Positions 42,420 to 57,327 of a DNA stretch of 64,000 nucleotides are shown here, one piece after another. Under the pieces are notes generated by a model. That model was not told the origin of the DNA. It saw only the letters and a program-made list of their open reading frames with translations, and made no database searches. Made by a program: the position numbers and the translations under genes. Source of the stretch: Eledone cirrhosa (taxonomy: Eukaryota); the NCBI GenBank assembly GCA_964016885.1, contig OZ024759.1, forward strand, positions 35,774,001-35,838,000, given 5' to 3'. How positions within the stretch are numbered: the first letter of the stretch is position 1; each line of letters starts with the position of its first letter.

Positions 42420-42486
42420 CTGAAATTACAAAAAGAAAAAAAAAAAAATATATATATATATATATCATTTTTACGTCCACTTTTAT

Positions 42487-42538
<52 letters not shown>

Positions 42539-42947
42539 CCGTGTAGGTAACACGGTAAAAAGTTCCCAGTCCACACTGTAAATGTGGTTGGTGTTAGGAA
42601 GGGCATCCAGCCATAGAAAACCTGCCAGATAGTCCTATATGAGCGAGACAAGGCACCCGACCAATCTTGCCTCAAGTGGGACAATTACCGTCTAACCCCA
42701 TGCTAGCGTGGAAGATAGACATTAAACGATGATGATGATGATGACACATATATATGTATTAAAAATAGAGGTGCACAGGACAAAGATAATGGGAAAAACA
42801 ACAGAAAGACAGACTGTCCCATCTCAGTCAAAATCTGGAAATCACTCTGGTTTCAGTGCCTTAAAGTTGATATTCATTCCAGTCATCATCTTCTTCATCT
42901 AACGTCCATTTTCCACACTAGGCAGTGTACAATGAAACAACAAAACA

Positions 42948-43562
42948 GCTGTGTAGCTATGTAGCTGTATAGCAGTGTAGCTGTATAGCAGTGTAGCTGT
43001 ATAGCAGTGTAGCTGTATATCTGTGTAGCTGTGTAGCAGTGTAGCTGCCTAGCAGTGTAGCTGCCTAGCTGCCTAGCAGTGTAGCTGTGTAGCTGTGTAG
43101 CTGTGTAGCTGTGTAGCTGCCTAGCTGTGTAGCTGCCTAGCAGTGTAGCTGCCTAGCTGTGTAGCTGTATATCTGTGTAGCTGCCTAGCTGTGTAGCTGT
43201 CTAGCTGTGTAGCTGTCTAGCTGTGTAGCTGTCTAGCTGTGTAGCTGTCTAGCTGTGTAGCTGTCTAGCTGTGTAGCTGTCTAGCTGTGTAGCTGTCTAG
43301 CTGTGTAGCTGTCTAGCTGTGTAGCTGTCTAGCTGTGTAGCTGTCTAGCTGTGTAGCTGTCTAGCTGTCTAGCTGTGTAGCTGCCTAGCTGTGTAGCTGT
43401 CTAGCTGTGCAGCTGCCTAGCTGTGTAGCTGTGTAGCTGTCTAGCTGTGTAGCTGTGTAGCTGTGTAGCTGTGTAGCTGCCTAGCTGTGTAGCTGCCTAG
43501 CTGTGTAGCTGCCTAGCTGCCTAGCTGTGTAGCTACATAACTCATTATGTAGCTGTCTAGCT
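42948..43562. repeat. 8-bp tandem repeat
   Basis: (gtgtagct/gtctagct/gcctagct)n. Confidence 0.93.
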
Positions 43563-43894
43563 AGTAGTGACAATAAAAGTTAGTTCCACACTAAATACAT
43601 GCAAATAAATACCTTATCTAGTATGACAAGCAATCAAACCAAGCTACACTAATTGTTTATCTCTATAGATTATCAAACTGTCTCAGGCATGATCCAACAT
43701 TTTAATCAACAACTTGGTTACATTTAGCTAAAGGAAGAAACGCCCAAAGCAATATATCACCCGTTCAAAGGTTGTTTTAATACTTTGGGACAAAACTAAC
43801 TTTCACATATAGTTTCTCTTATCCTACCATAAAAATACTCTGTCCAATATTGTAATATTTGTATAGTGTTGTCATCCTCCGTCTCTTACCAGTC

Positions 43895-44120
43895 ATGTAT
43901 GACACTTGCCATGATGAACCTGCTGGCTGGAAGGTTGTTCTTCTGGACTCCAGATGCAAAGAGACAAGTTAGACGGCTGGTTTATCACCTTGAAATCAAT
44001 CATTGAGTTGGACACAGGCCTTAAAGGAGTCGATCTGCATGCTGCAATGGTCAACTGAGGATTCTGGAGCTCAAACTTTGCCAATGCTTCACCACCAACT
44101 CAAGGCATCAGATGACTCAA
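43895..44120 (+). mobile_element. Degenerate RTE-like LINE fragment
   Basis: Frameshifted HDEPAG.VVLWTPDAKRQVRR..ITLKSII..DTGL...DLHAAM...FW, typical of the C-terminus of an RTE ORF. Confidence 0.55.
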
Positions 44121-44165
44121 GAAAGGAAGGTGCATCTGGCTTAGAATAGGTGCAGTGTATAGGCT

Positions 44166-46335
44166 AAGGTTTGATGAAGCCAGCAAAACTATGTGTATCT
44201 GGTTTAGAATATGTACAGTGCACAGGTAGAGGTTTGATGAAGCCAGCAAAACTATGTGTATCTGGCTTAGAATATGTACAGTGCACAGGTAGAGGTTTGA
44301 TGAAGCCAGTAAAACTATGTGTATCTGGTTTAGAATATGTACAGTGCACAGGTAGAGGTTTGATGAAGCCAGTAAAACTGTGTATCTGGTTTAGAATATG
44401 TACAGTGCACAGGTAGAGGTTTGATGAAGCCAGCAAAACTATGTGTATCTGGTTTAGAATATGTACAGTGCACAGGTAGAGGTTTGATGAAGCCAGCAAA
44501 ACTATGTGTATCTGGTTTAGAATATGTACAGTGCACAGGTAGAGGTTTGATGAAGCCAGTAAAACTATGTGTATCTGGCTTAGAATATGTACAGTGCACA
44601 GGTAGAGGTTTGATGAAGCCAGTAAAACTATGTGTATCTGGCTTAGAATATGTACAGTGCACAGGTAGAGGTTTGATGAAGCCAGTAAAACTATGTGTAT
44701 CTGGCTTAGAATATGTACAGTGCACAGGTAGAGGTTTGATGAAGCCAGCAAAACTATGTGTATCTGGTTTAGAATATGTACAGTGCACAGGTAGAGGTTT
44801 GATGAAGCCAGTAAAACTATGTGTATCTGGCTTAGAATATGTACAGTGCACAGGTAGAGGTTTGATGAAGCCAGCAAAACTATGTGTATCTGGTTTAGAA
44901 TATGTACAGTGCACAGGTAGAGGTTTGATGAAGCCAGTAAAACTATGTGTATCTGGTTTAGAATATGTACAGTGCACAGGTAGAGGTTTGATGAAGCCAG
45001 TAAAACTATGTGTATCTGGTTTAGAATATGTACAGTGCACAGGTAGAGGTTTGATGAAGCCAGTAAAACTATGTGTATCTGGTTTAGAATATGTACAGTG
45101 CACAGGTAGAGGTTTGATGAAGCCAGTAAAACTATGTGTATCTGGCTTAGAATATGTACAGTGCACAGGTAGAGGTTTGATGAAGCCAGTGAAACTATGT
45201 GTATCTGGTTTAGAATATGTACAGTGCACAGGTAGAGGTTTGATGAAGCCAGTAAAACTATGTGTATCTGGCTTAGAATATGTACAGTGCACAGGTAGAG
45301 GTTTGATGAAGCCAGTAAAACTATGTGTATCTGGCTTAGAATATGTACAGTGCACAGGTAGAGGTTTGATGAAGCCAGCAAAACTATGTGTATCTGGTTT
45401 AGAATATGTACAGTGCACAGGTAGAGGTTTGATGAAGCCAGCAAAACTATGTGTATCTGGCTTAGAATATGTACAGTGCACAGGTAGAGGTTTGATGAAG
45501 CCAGTGAAACTATGTGTATCTGGTTTAGAATATGTACAGTGCACAGGTAGAGGTTTGATGAAGCCAGTAAAACTATGTGTATCTGGCTTAGAATATGTAC
45601 AGTGCACAGGTAGAGGTTTGATGAAGCCAGTAAAACTATGTGTATCTGGCTTAGAATATGTACAGTGCACAGGTAGAGGTTTGATGAAGCCAGTAAAACT
45701 ATGTGTATCTGGCTTAGAATATGTACAGTGCACAGGTAGAGGTTTGATGAAGCCAGTAAAACTATGTGTATCTGGTTTAGAATATGTACAGTGCACAGGT
45801 AGAGGTTTGATGAAGCCAGTAAAACTATGTGTATCTGGCTTAGAATATGTACAGTGCACAGGTAGAGGTTTGATGAAGCCAGTGAAACTATGTGTATCTG
45901 GTTTAGAATATGTACAGTGCACAGGTAGAGGTTTGATGAAGCCAGTAAAACTATGTGTATCTGGCTTAGAATATGTACAGTGCACAGGTAGAGGTTTGAT
46001 GAAGCCAGTAAAACTATGTGTATCTGGCTTAGAATATGTACAGTGCACAGGTAGAGGTTTGATGAAGCCAGTGAAACTATGTGTATCTGGTTTAGAATAT
46101 GTACAGTGCACAGGTAGAGGTTTGATGAAGCCAGTAAAACTATGTGTATCTGGCTTAGAATATGTACAGTGCACAGGTAGAGGTTTGATGAAGCCAGTAA
46201 AACTATGTGTATCTGGCTTAGAATATGTACAGTGCACAGGTAGAGGTTTGATGAAGCCAGTGAAACTATGTGTATCTGGTTTAGAATATGTACAGTGCAC
46301 AGGTAGAGGTTTGATGAAGCCAGCAAAACTGTATC
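44166..46335. repeat. 63-bp minisatellite, about 34 copies
   Basis: Unit aggtttgatgaagccag(t/c)(a/g)aaactatgtgtatctgg(t/c)ttagaatatgtacagtgcacaggtag. Confidence 0.97.
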
Positions 46336-46484
46336 TAACCTCTAAGATGGACTGGGATCCTGCATCTCACTTACAAAGCATCCCCATGCTCAACCGAATG
46401 TATTCTATCATGGCACCAGCTCTAGGGAGGTAGTCATATCATTGACACAACTGAAGGTGGTGGTAGCAGTAACAGTAGCAGTAA

Positions 46485-46531
<47 letters not shown>

Positions 46532-47154
46532 ACAGTAGCAGTGTTATTAGTAAGTATTAAATAATGAATGTTATCTTACAGAAGAGAGAATGTAATGTTT
46601 AACAGCTGCCATAGAATCTAGTTAGTGACTAGTAGTAACAGTAGTACCAGTAGTGGTAGTAGTATTAGCAGTAGTAGTAGTAGTAGTAGTAGTATTAGCA
46701 ATGCCAGTAGTAGTAGTAGTAGTAGTATTAGCAATGCCAGTAGTAGTAGTAGTAGTAACAGCTGCCATAGAATCTAGTTAGTGACTCTCTCTGACCCTCT
46801 GATTGTTGTAGTAATAATAATGAACCTGGCAGATTAAATATTCACATAAGAACATCTAATAGACAATCACACATATGGATGGGTGTTGATGGGGTATACT
46901 GGAGGGTGGTGGGGTGTTGCTGGGGTGTATTGGAGGGTGCCGGGGGTGTTGGGTGTTGCTGGAGGGTGTGTGTTGGTTGGTGAGTGTGAGTGTTGTGTTA
47001 GTGCATGCTTGATGCGATGGTGTGATTATATGTGCATATGTGTGTGTGTGTGTTGATGTGTGTGTTGATGTGTGTGTGTTGATGTGTGTGTGTTGGTGTG
47101 TGTGTGTTGGTGTGTGTGTGTTGGTGTGCATTGATGTGTGTGTTGGTGTGTCTG

Positions 47155-47185
<31 letters not shown>

Positions 47186-47540
47186 TCTTTCAGAACTGAA
47201 GAAGATGGAAATTCAAGTGAGAAGGCACCAGTACTACAAATTTACAGAGAGTATTTGGTACATTTTATCATGGCACCATCACTAGAGAGATTACCATGTC
47301 CTTGCCATCATTAAAGGGTCTCTTCTACCCCAGGTTATCAAGTCATTGTCAGGACTTTAGGTTACTATCTTAGTAATGAAAAATTATAGTAAATCCCTCA
47401 AAATTCTTCATTAATTAATTAAAATAGTGTGTATTTCATTAAAAATAAGGATTAAGGAGCTGCATTCTCCCCCCACAAATCCAAGCTCAGTCATATTTTG
47501 ATCCAGGTAGACTGGTATATAAACCTCTAGCTCCAATTAA

Positions 47541-47769
47541 CCCTTTAGTTACCAACCCAGCCAAAACCAGCTCTGGTTCTATGAAATAAATCACCTATTT
47601 TAAAAGTTACCAATTTAAATTAAAATCTTCCAACATAATTTTATATAAGAACCTTACATTAAGTTACTATCTTAGTAATGAAATGATTAATAATTTTAGT
47701 AAATCCCTAAAAATTCTTCATTAATTAATTAAAATAATGTATTTCATTAGAAATGCAGTCATGAAAGGG
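47541..47769. mobile_element. piggyBac-like MITE
   Basis: TTAA|CCCTTT...AAAGGG|TTAA; same family as 8580-8810. Confidence 0.72.
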
Positions 47770-48014
47770 TTAAACTTCTTTCTCCAAAAATTCAAATTCA
47801 GTCATACTTTGTTCCAGGTGGGTTGGTATATAACCTCTACCTCCTATAACAGCAGGTATGAAACTGAAGGTGTATCTAGGACACTGGAGCTACAAACTCC
47901 TTATCAATGGTCCATAGATATCCTCCTTCTCTTGTATTTTTCTCACAGTGACATCAAGTGGGTAGCTGACTTCTACAGCAGAGCAGGTATTTAATGTGTG
48001 GTCCCAAACAATGA

Positions 48015-49078
48015 ATAATAATAATAATGAAATTATTGTGTACAGTGCTCAGGTGCACTACAACTCATCAAAGGTGCATCTATAGTACATAGAATAATGT
48101 ACAAATGTCAGGAAAGTGAACAGTGTACGAGTCATGAAATACATGTGCGTATGTGTATGGAGGAGGAATATTAGGTGTTGTGTTGGCGAATCTCAGGAAG
48201 TATGGAGGTTTTAAAGGATGCAGTGTCTTGACAGCTAACAACTGATGCAGGGAGTTTGTTCCATGGAGGTTTTAAAGGATGCAGTGTCTCGGCAGCTAAC
48301 AACTGATGCAGGGAGTTTGTTCCATGGAGGTTTTAAAGGATGCAGTGTCTTGACAGCTAACAACTGATGCAGGTAGTTTGTTCCATGGAGGTTTGAAAGG
48401 ATGCAGTGTCTCAACAGCTAACAACTGATGCAGGGAGTTTGTTCCATGGAGGTTTTAAAGGATGCAGTGTCTCGGCAGCTAACAACTGATGCAGGGAGTT
48501 TGTTCCATGGAGGTTTTAAAGGATGCAGTGTCTCGACAGCTAACAACTGATGCAGGGAGTTTGTACCATGGAGGTTTTAAAGGATGCAGTGTCTCGGCAG
48601 CTAACAACTGATGCAGGTAGTTTGTTCCATGGAGGTTTTAAAGGATGAAGTGTCTCGGCAGCTAACAACTGATGCAGGTAGTTTGTTCCATGGAGGTTTT
48701 AAAGGATGCAGTGTCTCGGCAGCTAACAACTGATGCAGGTAGTTTGTTCCATGGAGGTTTTAAAGGATGCAGTGTCTCGGCAGCTAACAACTGATGCAGG
48801 TAGTTTGTTCCATGGAGGTTTTAAAGGATGCAGTGTCTCGGCAGCTAACAACTGATGCAGGCAGTTTGTTCCATGGAGGTTTTAAAGGATGCAGTGTCTC
48901 GACAGCTAACAACTGATGCAGGCAGTTTGTTCCATGGAGGTTTTAAAGGATGCAGTGTCTCGACAGCTAACAACTGATGCAGGCAGTTTGTTCCATGGAG
49001 GTTTTAAAGGATGCAGTGTCTTGACAGCTAACAACTGATGCAGGTAGTTTGTTCCATGGAGGTTTTAAAGGATGCAGC
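48015..49078 (-). mobile_element. CR1-group 3' end with about 14 tandem 59-bp units
   Basis: Reverse complement of the 11780-12455 family. Further 3' UTR copies at 32775-33025 and 2735-2812. Confidence 0.85.
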
Positions 49079-50224
49079 TGTGTATGTCCAAGTGTGTATG
49101 TATGTATATGTGTGTCTATGTCCATGTTTGTAGGTACATGTGTATATATAAATATATGATTGTATGTGACTATGCATGTAAATAAATATGTACGAACCTA
49201 CGTATACATGTAGATACGTGTGTATCTGTATATATATATATATATGTGTGATTGTATGCGACTATATATATGTAAGTAAATATGTACATACCTATGTATA
49301 CATGTAGATGTGTGTGTATGTATGTACATGTGTGTATATACTATATATATATGTACATGTGTATGCTATGCATATATGTATACATATGTATCCGTCCAAA
49401 CCCATGCAAGCGTGGAACACGGACGTTAAATGTTGATGATGATGATGATGATATACATGTATGTACGTGCCTATGTGTGTATATTAAATATCAAGTAATT
49501 ACTCAAATATGTAGTTTGACCTAAAATAAGTGATTTGATTGTAGGACTAAATGGAAGCTAATTCAATTAGGTACTACCAGGGGGCACTGTCGCAAGAGAA
49601 ATTAAATTAGGTCTCACTAGGGGGCGCTGTTGCAAGAGAAATCTTTCACTTTCAATATAGAACTTTGGAAAAACAATTCACTCAGCAACATTCTTTGATA
49701 TTGTTTGTTTTTTTCTTGATAAAACACAAGGTCAAATGTTGTGAGAAATAGGAGGGGGTGGGGGGGTAAAGATGGAAGAGGTTTAAATAAGGAGGGAGGT
49801 GGAAGGGGTTTAAATAAGGGGGGTGAAGATGGAAGGGGTTTAAATAAGGGGGGGGTGCAGATGGAAGGGCTTTAAATAAGGAGGGAGGTGGAAGGGGTTT
49901 AAATAAGGGGGTGGGGGTTGAAGATGGAAGGGGTTTAAATAAGGAGGGAGGTGGAAGGGGTTTAAATAAGGTGGAGGGGGTGAAGATGGAAAGGGCTTAA
50001 ATAGGGGGGGGGGGGGTATGGCAGAGTTGTTAGAGTGCTGGATATTTGATATTCAGCTCTCTGCTCAAAGATCATTGTCATCATTGTCATTGAACATCTA
50101 TTTTCCATGCTTGCATTAGAAGGGTTGTCACATATTGCGGCTAGATTAGTCAGGTGACCATATCTTGCTTACATTCCATTTTTAACTTGGTTTCTACACC
50201 TAGATGTCCCTCCTAACACTGACA

Positions 50225-50626
50225 TTACAGAGTGTACTGGGAGCATGGTTTCTATAGCTGGATGTCCTTCCCAACACCAACCACTTTACAGAGTGTACTG
50301 GGAGCATGGTTTCTATGGCTGGATGTCCTTCCTAACACCAACCACTTTACAGAGTGTACTGGGAGCATGGTTTCTATGGCTGGATGTCCTTCCTAACACC
50401 AACCACTTTACAGAGTGTACTGGGAGCATGGTTTCTATGGCTGGATGTCCTTCCTAACACCAACCACTTTACAGAGTGTACTGGGAGCATGGTTTCTATG
50501 GCTGGATGTCCTTCCCAACACCAACCACTTTACAGAGTGTACTGGGGGCATGGTTTCTATGGCTGGATGTCCTTCCTAACACCAACCACTTTACAGAGTG
50601 TACTGGGAGCATGGTTTCTATGGCTG
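50225..50626. repeat. 61-bp minisatellite, about 6.5 copies, retroposon-derived
   Basis: Unit contains gctggatgtccttcctaacaccaaccactttacagagtgtactggg. Confidence 0.93.
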
Positions 50627-50719
50627 AGGTGACAGAATTCTGGCCAGATACAGCCGGTGTAAAAGCTAAAGGGTTAAGGTATTGTTTTCAAAATAAATAA
50701 AATCAAAATCTCAGATTCA

Positions 50720-53200
50720 ATGTTATGTGAGATAATTATGTGAAATACAATAGTATATATAGAGTAATGTAAATGTTATGTGAGATAATTATGTGAAATA
50801 CAATAGTATATATAGAGTAATGTAAATGTTATGTGAGATAATTATGTGAAATACAATAGTATATATAGAGTAATGTAAATGTTATGTGAGATAATTATGT
50901 GAAATACAATAGTATATATAGAGTAATGTAAATGTTATGTGAGATAATTATGTGAAATACAATAGTATATATAGAGTAATGTAAATGTTATGTGAGATAA
51001 TTATGTGAAATACAATAGTATATATAGAGTAATGTAAATGTTATGTGAGATAATTATGTGAAATACAATAGTATATATAGAGTAATGTAAATGCTATGTG
51101 AGATAATTATGTGAAATACAATAGTATATATAGAGTAATGTAAATGCTATGTGAGATAATTATGTGAAATACAATAGTATATATAGAGTAATGTAAATGT
51201 TATGTGAGATATTATGTGAAATACATAGTATATATAGAGTAATGTAAATGTTATGTGAGATAATTATGTGAAATACAATAGTATATATAGAGTAATGTAA
51301 ATGCTATGTGAGATAATTATGTGAAATACAATAGTATATATAGAGTAATGTAAATGCTATGTGAGATAATTATGTGAAATACAATAGTATATATAGAGTA
51401 ATGTAAATGCTATGTGAGATAATTATGTGAAATACAATAGTATATATAGAGTAATGTAAATGTTATGCGAGATAATTATGTGAAATACAATAGTATATAT
51501 AGAGTAATGTAAATGCTATGTGAGATAATTATGTGAAATACAATAGTATATATAGAGTAATGTAAATGCTATGTGAGATAATTATGTGAAATACAATAGT
51601 ATATATAGAGTAATGTAAATGTTATGTGAGATAATTATGTGAAATACAATAGTATATATAGAGTAATGTAAATGCTATGTGAGATAATTATGTGAAATAC
51701 AATAGTATATATAGAGTAATGTAAATGCTATGTGAGATAATTATGTGAAATACAATAGTATATATAGAGTAATGTAAATGCTATGTGAGATAATTATGTG
51801 AAATACAATAGTATATATAGAGTAATGTAAATGCTATGTGAGATAATTATGTGAAATACAATAGTATATATAGAGTAATGTAAATGCTATGTGAGATAAT
51901 TATGTGAAATACAATAGTATATATAGAGTAATGTAAATGTTATGCGAGATAATTATGTGAAATACAATAGTATATATAGAGTAATGTAAATGCTATGTGA
52001 GATAATTATGTGAAATACAATAGTATATATAGAGTAATGTAAATGCTATGTGAGATAATTATGTGAAATACAATAGTATATATAGAGTAATGTAAATGTT
52101 ATGCGAGATAATTATGTGAAATACAATAGTATATATAGAGTAATGTAAATGCTATGTGAGATAATTATGTGAAATACAATAGTATATATAGAGTAATGTA
52201 AATGCTATGTGAGATAATTATGTGAAATACAATAGTATATATAGAGTAATGTAAATGTTATGTGAGATAATTATGTGAAATACAATAGTATATATAGAGT
52301 AATGTAAATGCTATGTGAGATAATTATGTGAAATACAATAGTATATATAGAGTAATGTAAATGCTATGTGAGATAATTATGTGAAATACAATAGTATATA
52401 TAGAGTAATGTAAATGTTATGTGAGATAATTATGTGAAATACAATAGTATATATAGAGTAATGTAAATGCTATGTGAGATAATTATGTGAAATACAATAG
52501 TATATATAGAGTAATGTAAATGTTATGTGAGATAATTATGTGAAATACAATAGTATATATAGAGTAATGTAAATGCTATGTGAGATAATTATGTGAAATA
52601 CAATAGTATATATAGAGTAATGTAAATGCTATGTGAGATAATTATGTGAAATACAATAGTATATATAGAGTAATGTAAATGCTATGTGAGATAATTATGT
52701 GAAATACAATAGTATATATAGAGTAATGTAAATGCTATGTGAGATAATTATGTGAAATACAATAGTATATATAGAGTAATGTAAATGTTATGTGAGATAA
52801 TTATGTGAAATACAATAGTATATATAGAGTAATGTAAATGTTATGTGAGATAATTATGTGAAATACAATAGTATATATAGAGTAATGTAAATGCTATGTG
52901 AGATAATTATGTGAAATACAATAGTATATATAGAGTAATGTAAATGTTATGTGAGATAATTATGTGAAATACAATAGTATATATAGAGTAATGTAAATGC
53001 TATGTGAGATAATTATGTGAAATACAATAGTATATATAGAGTAATGTAAATGCTATGTGAGATAATTATGTAAGATAAAGCCTTTACCATAAAAATACAA
53101 TACTATATATATAGAGAGTAATGTAAATGTTATGTGAGATATTATGTGAGGTAAAGCCTTTACTGTGAAAATACAATAGTATATATAGAGTAATGTAAAT
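50720..53200. repeat. 53-bp minisatellite, about 45 copies
   Basis: Unit agagtaatgtaaatg(t/c)tatgtgagataattatgtgaaatacaatagtatatat. Confidence 0.97.
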
Positions 53201-53240
53201 GGTAAAGGGTGAAATGATGTGAAACTAATATTTGTTTTAC

Positions 53241-53369
53241 CTTATCTTTTTTTAGTTCAACAAGAGATTCTTTGTATTCTGTGATATGTTTATCAATGTC
53301 TCGAAGATGCCGTAAAGATTGTTGGGTTCCAATATAGTTCTGACAAAATGGCACATCTTCAACGTTTCG
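53241..53369 (-). CDS. Plakin-domain protein, most 5' exon found (RNVEDVPFCQNYIGTQQSLRHLRDIDKHITEYKESLVELKKDK)
   Basis: Pyrimidine tract plus ttccag acceptor; AAG|gtaaaa donor; 129 nt, phase 0-0. Aligns by eye, from memory, to the plectin plakin-domain segment 'HRVDGAEWGVDLPSVEAQLGSHRGLHQSIEEFR'. Confidence 0.8.
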
Positions 53370-53508
53370 CTGGAATTGAAACAAAATTGAAAGAAAAAAT
53401 CCAAAGATAAGATTGATATAAAATTCTACGAAAACAAAACAGGATTAAAATAGAAATAAGTAAAAATTATTTAGAATTGAGAATTGGATTAGTGTTCTTG
53501 TTCTACAT

Positions 53509-53932
53509 CAGTGATTTCCAACCTTTTTTCATGCCAGACAATCTTTCCACAGACCGGTAGTTGGACATATGTGTTATTTAAGTGTATTTCAATAAAGAGA
53601 GCAATAATTGTTTCTACTTTAGGCACAAGGCCAGCAATTACCCAGTGTATTACTGGTACTTTATTTTATCGACCCCGTAAGGATGAAAGGCAAAGTCAAC
53701 CTCGGCGGGATTTGAACTCAGATCGTAAAGAGAGCAATAATAAAAACAGCAATTTATTAAAGGGAAGAAAAAGTGTATAATCTTTTGACTCTCATAAATC
53801 TTTTTAAATTAAAGTCCAATATTCAATTTATATATTATATAATTTTAAACAAGTTGATTATTTCTTTGCGGCCTGGTAGACAATGATCCAGGGAAAGGTA
53901 CTGGTCCGCGGCCTGATGGTTGGGGACCTCTG
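53509..53932. mobile_element. hAT-Charlie-like MITE interrupted by a SINE
   Basis: Ends cagtgatttccaacc / ggttggggacctctg; imperfect 8-bp TSD ttctacat/ctctacag; subterminal ggtccgcggcc. Confidence 0.65.
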
Positions 53933-56513
53933 CTCTACAGAGAAGGGGGAATTTCTGAAGAAGAACCTTTTTATAAATTGACACCTCTACAAGGGAAGAC
54001 CTCTAGAAGAAGATGCCTCTAGAAGGGGACAGATCTACAAGTTGATACTTCTACAATAGGACACCTCTATAAGATTACATGGGGCTGTTTATTTTTAAGT
54101 ATTCAACAGGATGACACATTGACATGGTGACACATTTACATGGTGACCCATCAACATGGTGACCCATCAACAAGGTGACCCATCAACAAGGTGACATGTT
54201 GACAAAACAAGAGGACATGTCAACAAGGTGACACATTGACAAGAGGACATATCAACAGAAGAAAAAAAGAAAACACCTAAACATTTGTGTTAACCAAATA
54301 TGATAAAATGATTCAATATAGATGTTATTGGACCCCAAGTCATCCCTGGTATGGCAGACCTATTCCAGCCATGACCATCCTGTCTTTTTTTATATTTAAT
54401 GTTACATTTTGTACCATGTATCATTGTTTATATAAGGTGACAGTTCTGTATGATTTGAGGGTAAATTTAGCTACTATATCTACTATATTTGGTGCTATAT
54501 TGTACCAATATATCATCTTTTATATAAAACGATGGTTTGGTATGATTTAAGGGCAAATTTAGCTACTAATCTAGCAGATCCAGCAATCTGGTTTGGTTGA
54601 AGGGTGTTTAGTGACAAATATTTGATATTTGATATTATTTGACATCAGGAGAATGTAAATAATGTTCATTAGAGCTTGACAAACTGTAGATAAAGTATTT
54701 GGTTAATGGGAGAGAGGGAGGGAGAGGGAGAGAGGGGAGAGGGGGAGAGAACATAAAACCTAGTAGGGTAATATAAGAGGTATTTCTTGTTTACTGGTAA
54801 AGAGGTAACATAAAATGTAGTGGGGTCAACTGAAAACCTGTCGGAGAGCGACCGATACTTGGAGAGTTTACCCTCCTGTCAGAAATAATACTTGGTTATT
54901 GAGAGAGAGAAAATATTAAATTTACTGGGTCATGTATCAAATAAGTAGGAGACCCAGGGGTAGACCCCCGAGCAAGATGGTTGGATAACATCCATGAGCT
55001 TGGCTGGTCTTGCTTGGAGATCCAGCTGGATCAATTGGAGATGGTTGCTTCTGACAGAACCCGCTGGAAGGAGAGTTTGTGGACTGACCCCACGACCCTA
55101 GGGTTGCTTCTGACAGGACCTGCTGGAAGGAGTGTTTGTGGACTGACCCCACGACCCTAGGGTTGCTTCTGACAGGACCTGCTGGAAGGAGAGTTTGTGG
55201 ACTGACCCCACGACCCTCTCAGAAATAAGTGGGTGAAGAAAAAGATGTCAGAAATAATTTTTAGTTATTGGAAGAAAGAAAATATGAAATTTACTGAGTC
55301 ATGTCAGAAATATGAGGCACGAATGTTGCAGTTGATCTGTTCAACGGAACAACCTGCTCGTGAATTTAACATGCAAGTGGCTGAGCATTCCACAGACATG
55401 CATACCCTTAACGTAGTTCTAAGGGAGATGCAGTGTGGCACAGAATGTGACAAGGTTGGTCATGTCAGAAATAGTTCTTGGTTATTGGCAGAGAGAGAAA
55501 ATATGAAATTTACTGGGTTGTGAGAAGTACTTTTTGAAAATCTGAGGTAATTCATGAGTAATTGTGAGATAATCCCACAATGTACATCTTAACCCTGGCA
55601 GTCTGATCATATAATCCTGTATATCTCTAGCTTCTAGATCATCACAGCCAACATCAACACCAACACCATCACCATCATCATCATCACAACCAACGCCACC
55701 ATCACAACCAGCACCACCACCAACACCATCACAACCAACAACAACATTATTATCACAACCAACACCACCACCATCAACAACACCACCACCAACAACACCA
55801 TCACCATCAATATCATCACCAACAACACCACCACCATCAATACCATCACCAACAACACCACCACCAATATCATCACCACCACCACCATCAATACCATCAC
55901 TAACACCACCACCACTTTCAATACCATCACTACCAACACCACAACCAATCAACATAATATTAAGCCAGAGTATACAATAATGTTTTGCAAACACATTTGT
56001 AGTATCTTTACTGGTGGACAGATTGTTGTGAAAATTTACAGTATTACAGTAAAGACTTTAATATTTAATGTGATATAATCATAATACTGTTTTATACTTT
56101 TCAAGGATATCCTGTTACATAGTTTCATGTGGGAGATGACATACAGAGTTAATTATGATGTATTAGAAGAAGTCTTAAATCAATATCCAGATGGAATATT
56201 TCCAAAAGTTCAACTGTTGGAATAACTAAAATATATTACATCGTATAATTCTGTTATATATGTCTTGAAATATAGAAAGTATATATTGATTCTGTTTTAT
56301 TGATTTACAACATAAAATATACACCATTTAGTAATACACCATTTAGTAATTGTTATATTGATTTTATATACACAATATATACATGTATATATCATCATCA
56401 TCATCATTTAACATCTATCTTCTCCACGCTAGCATGGGTTAGACGGGTATTGTCCCACTTGAGGCAAGATTGATCAGGTGACCATGTTTCGCTTGTATAG
56501 GACTGTATGTATG

Positions 56514-56562
<49 letters not shown>

Positions 56563-57327
56563 GTATATATATATATACATATGCATATATAAAGCCCACA
56601 TGACTAAGTCTTTCGAATATTAATTCAAAATAGGGGACACAGAACAAAAACAGAACGACAGAGGGTCCCATCTCCACAGTCAACAGTTAATGCACCAAAA
56701 GAAGTTTAAAAGACTTAACAAGATATTCTGTTTGGTGCTCTACCGATCCTGCCAATTCAGGGCACTCATCTGGCTGTAATACTAACAGTAAAGTATCACC
56801 AATTGAAGTCAAGGTGACAAGAGTTGTTCAACTGTAGAATCAATATTATATATTAACCTTTTTTTAAACATATGTTCCACTAACTGATGCACTCATATAT
56901 ATACATATATGAGTGTATATATATGTGTGTGTGCATTTGTATATGTATATATACATATATACATATATATACATGCATATAGAAATATACATATATATAT
57001 ATACAGGCATATAGAAATACACACACACATACATAGACATATATACATTTACGTATATGTACAAACATATACATGTGTGTATGCATATATATATATATAT
57101 ATATATGTTTATCTCTGGTTCAATCGGGGGTAATCACAGTAAGTAAGGTACTCAATACATAGACTATAAATGAAACAGTTCTAGTCCTGTAGAAGCCATT
57201 TCTATATTATATATATATATATACACATACATACATACATACACATATATATGTGTCTATAGTGAAACAAAGGGTGAGAGGGTGGTGAGAGACATACAGG
57301 GTATACAAACATTAATATATATATATA

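Noticed and set aside
46364-46422. Minus-strand exon candidate with a perfect gtaagt donor
   Set aside because: Phase-incompatible with the neighbouring exons and overlaps a retroposon motif (ggtgccatgata).
44164-46433. 656-720-aa ORFs
   Set aside because: Translations of a 63-bp tandem repeat with no domain or splice evidence.
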